From the NCBI GenBank assembly GCA_040954595.2, contig CM082595.2, positions 10,408,482-10,472,481 on the forward strand: DNA of 64,000 nucleotides, written 5' to 3'. Below are positions 41,175 through 52,000 of the stretch, one piece after another. Under the pieces are notes generated by a model. It was given only the letters and a program-made list of their open reading frames with translations, did not search any database and was not told the origin of the DNA. Source of the DNA: Balanoglossus misakiensis (lineage: Eukaryota > Animalia > Hemichordata). The translations under genes were made by a program, and so were the position numbers. Numbering within the stretch: the first letter of the stretch is position 1; each line of letters starts with the position of its first letter.

Positions 41175-41766
41175 AGCCTCAGTATTTCTCGTAGGGGCAA
41201 AATTTTGTTTGAAACGGCATCTATAATTTATAAAAGTAGATGATAATTGATACTAAATCGAACAGTCATCATCCCCAGCTCTGCTCATAAACTCATACAA
41301 TTTACAATATAACGGGTGAAGAATGACTTTCTGTCCGGACAGAAAGTCAGGCTCTGTTGACACACGTGACTAGTGCGCATGCGCACTCAAATGTGAATCT
41401 ATGCGGAAGAGGTTTGGTCGCCCCAAATCAAGCGACTCAGCGAAGAGATGCGCACTAATTCGGCGAAATTTTGGGAAGATAACTTTATGGGAGAAATCAG
41501 TCGTTGGAACCAGATCAAATCAGAAAATGGTCTGACCATCAAATGTCAAAGTGGCACGTTTGCTGATCGACATGTACAACATTTCCGTTGTAAACAAACC
41601 CGCGCATCATTTCAAGTGTTACGGGCAATATTTACAGCTTTCACGTAGCTATAGTTGCCCAAACCTTTCTTCTATCTTCATTATGTAGTATTCCATGATG
41701 AATGTACAGGAAAAACGGGCATTTTTCGATGATGAAAAATGGATAAACACGAGAAATACTGGGGCT
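41175..41766. mobile_element. Kolobok-like TTAA MITE inserted inside EGF exon 7, specific to copy 3
   Basis: ttaa|AGCCTCAGTATTTCTCGT ... ACGAGAAATACTGGGGCT|ttaa. Copy 1 has the empty site gtcattaacccatgt. Confidence 0.92.
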
Positions 41767-43089
41767 TTAACCCATGTGATCAGAATCTGTGTCAAAATGG
41801 AGGCTATTGTTCCCAAACACCAAATTCTTATACTGACTACACCTGTTACTGCCAGTAGTGTTGGACGGGGGCCATCTGTGCCGTAGGTGTGTCGAATTCA
41901 ACTGTTTTATGACACAGCGTGGTATATAAACCCTCATTTTTGGTATTCTCAATGTGATAGATGGACCCGTACACCAATAAATGGGGTGGAAGCATTACAA
42001 AGTTTCATCCTTTCAAAATTTGCTGATGTAGGGTCAAAATTGAGTGTGAGGTGCACGTTAAAAAGGAAAGCCTTCTGTATCATGTTGATGGCATATTTTT
42101 TAATTTTTCAAGATTCTTACAGAAAAATCCTAGCATCATTATGTTATTTTAAATGTACAGGTTTGAAATAAGGAATGAAGACATTGCTCACTTATATAAT
42201 TTAAACAAAATGAACATCACAAGTACATGTACAAGTTTTTGACAAGCAGGTCATTGATACTTTCATTTTTGTTTTGGCAGCCATTGATCAGTTATACTCT
42301 ATGCCTTGTCAAAATGTGGTGGCACATGCGTTGCGTGAGACGGCTGTTTCCAGTTTGACTGTATGTGTGCCGAATGCTTCACTGGTGCCACATGTACAAT
42401 GCATAAGTATAAACCAATATTATTTTATTCAATGCAAAACACTTGTTATGTATTATATAATATAAATATGGTACACATATTAAAGCCCTGGTAACTCAAA
42501 CTTTGGGCTAGCTTAATGTTATCACTATTTTCGTTTTCGGTTGCAACTGTGGTTTCTTGTCGCACTCTAAAGGATTTCACAGCATTTGGTTTTTCAAAAC
42601 AGCCCTTTGGTTGTTGTCAGGTATACATGTACACGACTGCTGAGTGTAGTTTGTAGATTCTGTAATTTTGACGATACCTTGACTGCACTGTTCTAGTGAT
42701 TTTCTGTAGATTTTAACTCCTGCTTTTTCAAAATAATGTTCAGAAGTTCTCAACTTTCTCAACAACCCATACAGGAAACCGGCAATGGTGTGGATGTTCA
42801 CATCCCATTTATGTTGATGGGCCTTTATCAGTGAATTTGTGTGTCTGTGTGTTTCAGTGCTTTGAGCCTATAGTGATGTTTTCCTGCTCAATATTCTTTC
42901 TTTTTGTCTATACAGGAATCAACCAGACAACCAGTGTGTACCCTCTCCTTGCCTAAACAGTGGAATTTGCTCGCAAGTACCGGGTTCCTGTACACAGTTT
43001 ACATGTTATTGTTTCAACTGCTCTACTGGTGACACATGCACTGACCGTAAGCCTATAACCCCAATTTCTATGGTTTTCTGTAACATTTT

Positions 43090-46000
43090 AACATTTATTA
43101 TTAGAGAGTGATGCAGAGAGAGAATGGGATGGAGAGAGGGGGAGGAGAAGAGAGAGTTCAAGGGTCAAGGGTTAGAGTTCAAGGGTCTAAGGTCAAGGGT
43201 TGGAGATCAAGGGTCAAGGGTTAGAGTTCAAGGGTCTAAGGTCAAGGGTTGGAGATCAAGAGTCAAGGGTAAGAGTTCAACGGTCAAGGGTTAGCGTTCA
43301 AGGGTCAAAGTTCAAGGGTTAAGTTGAAGAGTTGGAGATCGAGGGTCAAAGGGTCAAGGGTTGGAGTTCATGGGTCAAAGGTTCAATGGTTAGAGTCCAA
43401 GGTTCAAGGGGTCAAGGGTTAGAGTTCAAGAGTTGGAGATCGAGGGTCAAGGGTAGGAGCTCAAGGGTCAAGGGTTAGAGTTCATGGGTCTTACATTCAA
43501 TGGTTAGAGTCCAAGGTTCAAGGGGTCAAAGATCAAGGGTTAGAGTTCAATGGTCAAAGGTCAAGGGTTAGAGTTCAAGAGTTGGAGATCGTGGGTCAAG
43601 GGGGTCAAGGGTATGAGCACAAGGATCAAGGGTAAGAGTTCAATGGTCAAGGGGTCAAGGGTCAAGGATTTGAGTTCAACGGTCAAGGGTTAGAGTTCAC
43701 CAGCCAAGGATTTGAGTTCAATGGTCAAAGGTCAAGGGTTAGAGTTCAAGAGTTGGAGATCGAGGGTCAAGGGGGTCAAGGGTATGAGCACAAGGATCAA
43801 GGGTAAGAGTTCAATGGTCAAGGGGTCAAGGGTCAAGGATTTGAGTTCAACGGTCAAGGGTTAGAGTTCACGAGCCAATGATTTGAGTTCAAGGGTCAAA
43901 GGTCAAGGGTATGAATTCAAGAGTTGGAGATCGAGGGTCAAGGGTCAAGGGTATGAGCACAAGGATCAAGGGTTAGAGTTCAAGGGGTCAAGGTCAAGGA
44001 TTATAGTTGATGGGTCAACAGTTGGCGTTCAAGGGTTAGAGTTTAATGGTCAAGGGTTCTAGGGTCAGGGGTTTAAAGGTCAAGCATTAAGGGTCAGTTG
44101 TCAAGTTTAGGGTTTAAGGGTCAAGAGTTTAGTTTCAAGGGTCAAGGGTTGGAGTTCATGGGTCAGAGGTTCAATGGTTAGAGTCCAAGGTTCAAGGGGT
44201 CAAGGATCAAGGGTTAGAGTACAATGGTCAAGGGTTAGAGTTCAAGAGTTGGAGATCGAGGGTCAAGGGTCAAGGGTATGAGCACAAGGATCAAGGGTTA
44301 GAGTTCAATGGTCAAGGGGTCAAGGATTTGAGTTCAACAGTCAAGGGTTAGAGTTCACGAGCCAATGATTTGGGTTCAAGGGTCAAAGGTCAAGGGTACG
44401 AGTTCAAGAGTTGGAGATCGAGGGTCAAGGGTCAAGGGTATGAGCGCAAGGATCAAGGGTTAGAGTTCAATGGTCGAGGGGTCAAGGGTCAAGGATTTGA
44501 GTTCAAGGGTCAAAGGTCAAGGGTTAGAGTTCAAGGGGTCAAGGGGCAAAGGTCAAGGATTATAGTTGATGGGTCAACAGTTGGCGTTCATGGGTTAGAG
44601 TTTAATGGTCAAGGGTTCTAGGGTCAAGGGTTTAAAGGTCAAGCATTAAGGGTCAGTTGTCAAGTTTAGGGTTTAAGGGTCAAGAGTTTAGTTTCAAGGG
44701 TCAAGGGTTAGATTTCAAGGGTCAAAGGTCGAGGGTTAGAGATCAAATGTCAAGGGTAAGAGTTCAAGGGTCAAATGTTAGTGTTCAAGGGTTAGAGTTC
44801 AAGGGTCAAAGATCAAGGGTTAGAGATCAAGAGTCAAGGGTAAGAGTTCAAGGGTCAAATGTTAGAGTTCAAGGGTCAAGGGTTAGAGTTGAAGAGTTGG
44901 AGATCGAGGGTCAAGGGGTCAAGGGTAAGAGCTCAAGGGTCAAGGGTTGGAGTTCATGGGTCAGAGGTTCAATGGTTTGAGTCCAAGGTTCAAGGGGTCA
45001 AGGATTAGAGTTCAAGGGTCAAAGGTCAAGGGTTAGAGTTCAATGGTCAAGGGGTCCTGGGTCAAGAATTTGAGTTCAAGGGTCAAAGGTCAAGGGTTAG
45101 AGTTCACGAGCCAAGGATTTGAGTTCAAGGGTCAGAGTTCACGAGTTGGAGATCAAGGGTCAAAGGTCAAGAATTATAGTTGATGGGTCAACAGTTGACG
45201 TTCAAGGGTTAGAGTTTAAGGGTCAACGGTTAAAGGGTCAAGCATTAAGGGTCAGTTGTCAAGTTTAGGGTTTAAGGGGCAAGAGTTTAGTTTCAAGGGT
45301 CAAGGGTTGGAGTTCATGGGTCAGAGGTTCAATGGTTAGAGTCCAAGGTTCAAGGGGTCAAGGATCAAGGGTTAGAGTACAATGGTCAAGGGTTAGAGTT
45401 CAAGAGTTGGAGATAGAGGGTCAAGGGTCAAGGGTATGAGCACAAGGATCAAGGGTTAGAGTTCAATGGTCAAGGGGTCAAGGATTTGAGTTCAACAGTC
45501 AAGGGTTAGAGTTCACGAGCCAATGATTTGGGTTCAAGGGTCAAAGGTCAAGGGTACGAGTTCAAGAGTTGGAGATCGAGGGTCAAGGGTCAAGGGTATG
45601 AGCACAAGGATCAAGGGTTAGAGTTCAATGGTCGAGGGGTCAAGGGTCAAGGATTTGAGTTCAAGGGTCAAAGGTCAAGGGTTAGAGTTCAAGGGGTCAA
45701 GGGGCAAAGGTCAAGGATTATAGTTGATGGGTCAACAGTTGGCGTTCATGGGTTAGAGTTTAATGGTCAAGGGTTCTAGGGTCAAGGGTTTAAAGGTCAA
45801 GCATTAAGGGTCAGTTGTCAAGTTTAGGGTTTAAGGGTCAAGAGTTTAGTTTCAAGGGTCAAGGGTTAGATTTCAAGGGTCAAAGGTCGAGGGTTAGAGA
45901 TCAAATGTCAAGGGTAAGAGTTCAAGGGTCAAATGTTAGTGTTCAAGGGTTAGAGTTCAAGGGTCAAAGATCAAGTGTTAGAGATCAAGAGTCAAGGGTA

Positions 46001-49000
46001 AGAGTTCAAGGGTCAAATGTTAGAGTTCAAGGGTCAAGGGTTAGAGTTGAAGAGTTGGAGATCGAGGGTCAAGGGGTCAAGGGTAAGAGCTCAAGGGTCA
46101 AGGGTTGGAGTTCATGGGTCAGAGGTTCAATGGTTTGAGTCCAAGGTTCAAGGGGTCAAGGATTAGAGTTCAAGGGTCAAAGGTCAAGGGTTAGAGTTCA
46201 ATGGTCAAGGGGTCCTGGGTCAAGAATTTGAGTTCAAGGGTCAAAGGTCAAGGGTTAGAGTTCACGAGCCAAGGATTTGAGTTCAAGGGTCAGAGTTCAC
46301 GAGTTGGAGATCAAGGGTCAAAGGTCAAGAATTATAGTTGATGGGTCAACAGTTGACGTTCAAGGGTTAGAGTTTAAGGGTCAACGGTTAAAGGGTCAAG
46401 CATTAAGGGTCAGTTGTCAAGTTTAGGGTTTAAGGGTCAAGAGTTTTTTTTCAAGGGTCAAAGGTCAAGGGTTAGAGATCAAATGTCAAGGGTAAGAGTT
46501 CAAGGGTCAAGGGTAAGAGTTTAGGGTCAAGGGTAAGAGCTCATGGGTCAAGGGTTGGAGTTCATGGGTCAAAGGTTCAATGGTTAGAGTCCAAGGTTCA
46601 AGTGGTCAAGGGGTCAAACGTCAAGGGTTTGAATTTAAGTGTTGGAGATCAAGGGTCAAGGGGTCAAGGGTCAAAGGTCAAGGATTATAGTTGATGGGTC
46701 AACAGTTGGCGTTCAAGGGTTAGAGTTTAATGGTCAAGGGTTTAAGGGTGAAGCAGGGTCAGTGGTAAGGTTCAAGGGTCAAGAGTTTTGGGTTCAAGGG
46801 TCAAAGGTCAAGGGTGAGAGATCATGACTCAAGGGTCAAATGTTAGAGTTCAAGAGTGAAGGATTAGAGTTCAAGGGTCAAAGGTCAAGGGTCAAAGATC
46901 AAGGATTATAGTTGATGGGTCAACAGTTGGCGTTCAAGGGTTCGAGTTTAATGGTCAAGGGTTCTAGGTTCAAGGGTTTAAGGGTCAAGCATTAAGGCTC
47001 AGTTGACAAGTTTAGGGTTTAACATTTATTATTAGAGAGTGATAGAGAGAGAGAATGGGATGGAGAGTGAGGGGGAGGAGAAGAGAGAGTTCAAGGGTTA
47101 GAGTTAAAGGGTCAAAGATCAAGGGTTAGAGATCAATAGTCAAGGGTAAGAGTTCAAGGGTCAAAGGTCAAGGTTAGAGTTAAAGAGTTGGAGATTGAGT
47201 GTAAAAGGTTCAAGGGTAAGAGCTCAAGGGTCAAGGGTTGGAGTTCATGGGTCAAAGGTTCAATGGCCAGAATCCAAGGTTCAAGGGGTCAAGAGTTAGA
47301 GTTCAAGAGTTGGAGATCGAGGGTCAAGGGGTCAAGGGTAAGAGCTCAAGGGTCAAGGGTTAGAGTTCATGGGTCAAAGGTTCAATGGTTAGAGTCCAAG
47401 GTTCAAGGGGTCAAGGATCAAGGGTTAGAGTTCAATGGTCAAGGGGTCAAGGGTCAAGGGTTAGAGATCAAGAGTTTTAGATCGAGGGTCAAGGGGGTCA
47501 AGGGTCAAGGCTATGAGCACAAGGATCAAGAGTTAGAGTTCAATGGTCAAGGGGTCAAGGGTCAAGGATTTGAGTTCAACGGTCAAGGGTTAGAGTTCAC
47601 CAGCCAAGGATTTGAGTTCAAGGGTCAAAGGTCAAGGGTTAGAGTTCAAGAGTTGGAGATCAAGGGGTCAAGGGTCAAAGGTCAAGGATTACAGTTGATG
47701 GGTCAACAGTTGGCGTTCAAGGGTTAGAGTTTAATGGTGTAGGGTTCAAGGGTTAGAGATCAATAATCAAGGGTAAGAGTTCAAGGGTCAAATGTTAGAG
47801 TTCAAAGGTCAAGGGTTAGAGTTCAAGGGTCGAGGGTTGGAGTTCATGGGTTAGAGGTTTAATGGTTAGAGTCCAAGGTTCAAGCGGTATAGGATCAAGG
47901 ATTAGAGGTCAAGGGTTAGAGTTTAAGAGTTGGAGATCGAGGGTCAAGGGTCAAAGGTCAATGATTGTAGTTGATGGGTCAACAGTTGGCGTTCAAGGGT
48001 TAGAGTTTAATGGTCAAGGGTTAGGGTTTTGGGTTCAAGGGTTAGATTTCAATGGTCAAAGGTCAAGGGTTAGAGTTCACGAGTCAAGGGTTAGAGTTCA
48101 AGCAACAAAGGTCAGGGGTATGAGTTCAAGAGTTGGAGATCAAGGGTCAAGGGGGTCAAGGGTCAAGGGTATGAGCACAAGGATCAAGGGTTAGAGTTCA
48201 ATGATCAAAGGGTCAAGGGTCAAGGATTTGAGTTCAACGGTCAAGGGTTAGAGTTCACGAGCCAATGATTTGAGTTCAAGGGTCAAAGGTCAAGGGTATG
48301 AGTTCAAGAGTTGGAGATCGAGGGTCAAGGGGGTCAAGGGTATGAGCACAAGGATCAAGGGTTATAGTTCAATGGTCGAGGGGTCAAGGGTCAAGGATTT
48401 GAGTTCAACGGTCAAGGGTTAGAGTTCACGAGCCAAGGTTTGAGTTCAAGGGTCAAAGGTCAAGGGTTAGAGTTCAAGGGGTCAAGGTCAAGGATTATAG
48501 TTGATGGGTCAACAGTTGGCGTTCAAGGGTTAGAGTTTAATGGTCTAGGGTTCTAGGGTCAAGGGTTTAAAGGTCAAGCTTTAAGGGCCAGTTGTCAAGT
48601 TTAGGGTTTAAGGGTCAAGAGTTTAGTTTCAAGGGTCAAGGGTTGGAGTTCATGGGTCAGAGGTTCAATGGTTAGAGTCCAAGTTTCAAGGGGTCAAGGA
48701 TCAAGGGTTAGAGTTCAATGGTCAAGAGTTAGAGTTCAAGAGTTGGAGATCGAGGGTCAAGGGTCAAGGGTATGAGCACACGGATCAAGGGTTAAAGTTC
48801 AAGGGGTCAAGGGTCAAGGATTTGAGTTCAACGGTCAAGGGTTAGAGTTCACGAGCCAATGATTTGGGTTCAAGGGTCAAAGGTCAAGGGTTAGAGTTCA
48901 AGGGGTCAAGGCGCAAAGGTCAAGGATTATAGTTGATGGGTCAACAGTTGGCGTTCAAGGGTTAGAGTTTAATGGTCAAGGGTTCTAGGGTCAAGGGTTT

Positions 49001-52000
49001 AAAGGTCAAGCATTAAGGGTCAGTTATCAAGTTTAGGGTTTAAGGGTCAAGAGTTTAGTTTCAAGGGTCAAGGGTTAGATTTCAAGGCTCAAAGGTCGAG
49101 GGTTATAGATCAAATGTCAAGGGTAAGAGTTCAAGGGTCAAATGTGAGAGTTCAAGGGTTAGAGTTCAAGGGTTAGAGATCAAGAGTCAAGGGTAAGAGT
49201 TCAAGGGTCAAATGTTAGAGTTCAAGGGTCAAGGGTTAGAGTTCAATGGTCAAAGGTCAAGGGTTAGAGTTCAACAGTTGGAGATCGAGGGTCAAGGGGT
49301 CAAGGGTAAGAGCTCAAGGGTCAAGGGTTGGAGTTCATGGGTCAGAGGTTCAATGGTTTGAGTCCATGGTTCAAGGGGTCAAGGATTAGAGTTCAAGGGT
49401 CAAAGGTCAAGGGTTAGAGTTCAAGACTTGGAGATCGAGGGTCAAGGGTTAGAGTCCAAGGTTCAAGGGTCAAGGATCAAGGGTTAGAACTCAATGGTCA
49501 AGGGGTCCTGGGTCAAGGATTTGAGTTCAAGGGTTAGAGTTCACGAGTTTGAGATCAAGGGTCAAAGGTCAAGGATTATAGTTGATGGGTCAACAGTTGA
49601 CGTTCAAGGGTTAGAGTTTAAGGGTCAGTTGTCAAGTTTAGGGTTTAAGGGTCAAGAGTTTTTTACAAAGGTCAAGGGTTAGAGATCAAATGTCAAGGGT
49701 AAGAGTTCAAGGGTCAAGGGTAAAGTTAAGGGTCAAGGGTAAGAGCACATGGGTCAAGGGTTAGAGTTCATGGGTCAAAGGTTCAATGGTTAGAGTCCAA
49801 GGTTCAAGGGGTCAAGGATCAAGGGTTAGAGTTCAATGGTCAAGGGGTCAAGGGTCAAGGGTTAGAGATCAAGAGTTTTAGATCGAGGGTCAAGGGGGTC
49901 AAGGGTCAAGGCTATGAGCACAAGGATCAAGGGTTAGAGTTCAATGGTCAAGGGGTCAAGGGTCAAGGATTTGAGTTCAACGGTCAAGGGTTAGAGTTCA
50001 CCAGCCAAGGATTTGAGTTCAAGGGTCAAAGGTCAAGGGTTAGAGTTCAAGAGTTGGAGATCAAGGGGTCAAGGGTCAAAGGTCAAGGATTACAGTTGAT
50101 GGGTCAACAGTTGGCGTTCAAGGGTTAGAGTTTAATGGTCTAGGGTTCAAGGGTTAGAGATCAATAATCAAGGGTAAGAGTTCAAGGGTCAAATGTTAGA
50201 GTTCAAAGGTCAAGGGTTAGAGTTCAAGGGTCGAGGGTTGGAGTTCATGGGTTAGAGGTTTAATGGTTAGAGTCCAAGGTTCAAGCGGTATAGGATCAAG
50301 GATTAGAGGTCAAGGGTTAGAGTTTAAGAGTTGGAGATCGAGGGTCAAGGGTCAAAGGTCAATGATTGTAGTTGATGGGTCAACAGTTGGCGTTCAAGGG
50401 TTAGAGTTTAATGGTCAAGGGTTAGGGTTTTGGGTTCAAGGGTTAGATTTCAATGGTCAAAGGTCAAGGGTTAGAGTTCACGAGCCAAGGGTTAGAGTTC
50501 AAGCAACAAAGGTCAGGGGTATGAGTTCAAGAGTTGGAGATCAAGGGTAAAGGGGGTCAAGGGTCAAGGGTATGAGCACAAGGATCAAGGGTTAGAGTTC
50601 AATGATCAAAGGGTCAAGGGTCAAGGATTTGAGTTCAACGGTCAAGGGTTAGAGTTCACGAGCCAATGATTTGAGTTCAAGGGTCAAAGGTCAAGGGTAT
50701 GAGTTCAAGAGTTGGAGATCGAGGGTCAAGGGGGTCAAGGGTATGAGCACAAGGATCAAGGGTTAGAGTTCAATGGTCGAGGGGTCAAGGGTCAAGGATT
50801 TGAGTTCAACGGTCAAGGGTTAGAGTTCACGAGCCAAGGTTTGAGTTCAAGGGTCAAAGGTCAAGGGTTAGAGTTCAAGGGGTCAAGGTCAAGGATTATA
50901 GTTGATGGGTCAACAGTTGGCGTTCAAGGGTTAGAGTTTAATGGTCTAGGGTTCTAGGGTCAAGGGTTTAAAGGTCAAGCTTTAAGGGCCAGTTGTCAAG
51001 TTTAGGGTTTAAGGGTCAAGAGTTTAGTTTCAAGGGTCAAGGGTTGGAGTTCATGGGTCAGAGGTTCAATGGTTAGAGTCCAAGTTTCAAGGGGTCAAGG
51101 ATCAAGGGTTAGAGTTCAATGGTCAAAGGTCAAGGGTTAGAGTTCAAGAGTTGGAGATCGAGGGTCAAGGGTCAAGGGTATGAGCACACGGATCAAGGGT
51201 TAAAGTTCAAGGGGTCAAGGGTCAAGGATTTGAGTTCAACGGTCAAGGGTTAGAGTTCACGAGCCAATGATTTGGGTTCAAGGGTCAAAGGTCAAGGGTT
51301 AGAGTTCAAGGGGTCAAGGCGCAAAGGTCAAGGATTATAGTTGATGGGTCAACAGTTGGCGTTCAAGGGTTAGAGTTTAATGGTCAAGGGTTCTAGGGTC
51401 AAGGGTTTAAAGGTCAAGCATTAAGGGTCAGTTATCAAGTTTAGGGTTTAAGGGTCAAGAGTTTAGTTTCAAGGGTCAAGGGTTAGATTTCAAGGCTCAA
51501 AGGTCGAGGGTTATAGATCAAATGTCAAGGGTAAGAGTTCAAGGGTCAAATGTGAGAGTTCAAGGGTTAGAGTTCAAGGGTTAGAGATCAAGAGTCAAGG
51601 GTAAGAGTTCAAGGGTCAAATGTTAGAGTTCAAGGGTCAAGGGTTAGAGTTCAATGGTCAAAGGTCAAGGGTTAGAGTTCAACAGTTGGAGATCGAGGGT
51701 CAAGGGGTCAAGGGTAAGAGCTCAAGGGTCAAGGGTTGGAGTTCATGGGTCAGAGGTTCAATGGTTTGAGTCCATGGTTCAAGGGGTCAAGGATTAGAGT
51801 TCAAGGGTCAAAGGTCAAGGGTTAGAGTTCAAGACTTGGAGATCGAGGGTCAAGGGTTAGAGTCCAAGGTTCAAGGGTCAAGGATCAAGGGTTAGAACTC
51901 AAAGGTCAAGGGGTCCTGGGTCAAGGATTTGAGTTCAAGGGTTAGAGTTCACGAGTTGGAGATCAAGGGTCAAAGGTCAAGGATTATAGTTGATGGGTCA

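Larger units (their letters stand above)
31674..42688. repeat. Segmental duplication copy 3 (partial; three extra TE insertions; homology ends at copy-1 position 8396)
   Basis: Colinear with copy 1 up to gactgcac (42688 = 8396), then unrelated sequence. Confidence 0.95.
36030..43046 (+). pseudogene. 8-Cys EGF exon array, copy 3 (exons 1-8 plus an additional exon at 42916-43046)
   Basis: Duplicate of exons 1-8. The extra exon reads GINQ/NQCVPSPCLNSGICSQVPGSCTQFTCYCFNCSTGDTCTD, with tacag acceptor, gtaag donor and an 8-bp frameshifting duplication. Confidence 0.88.
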
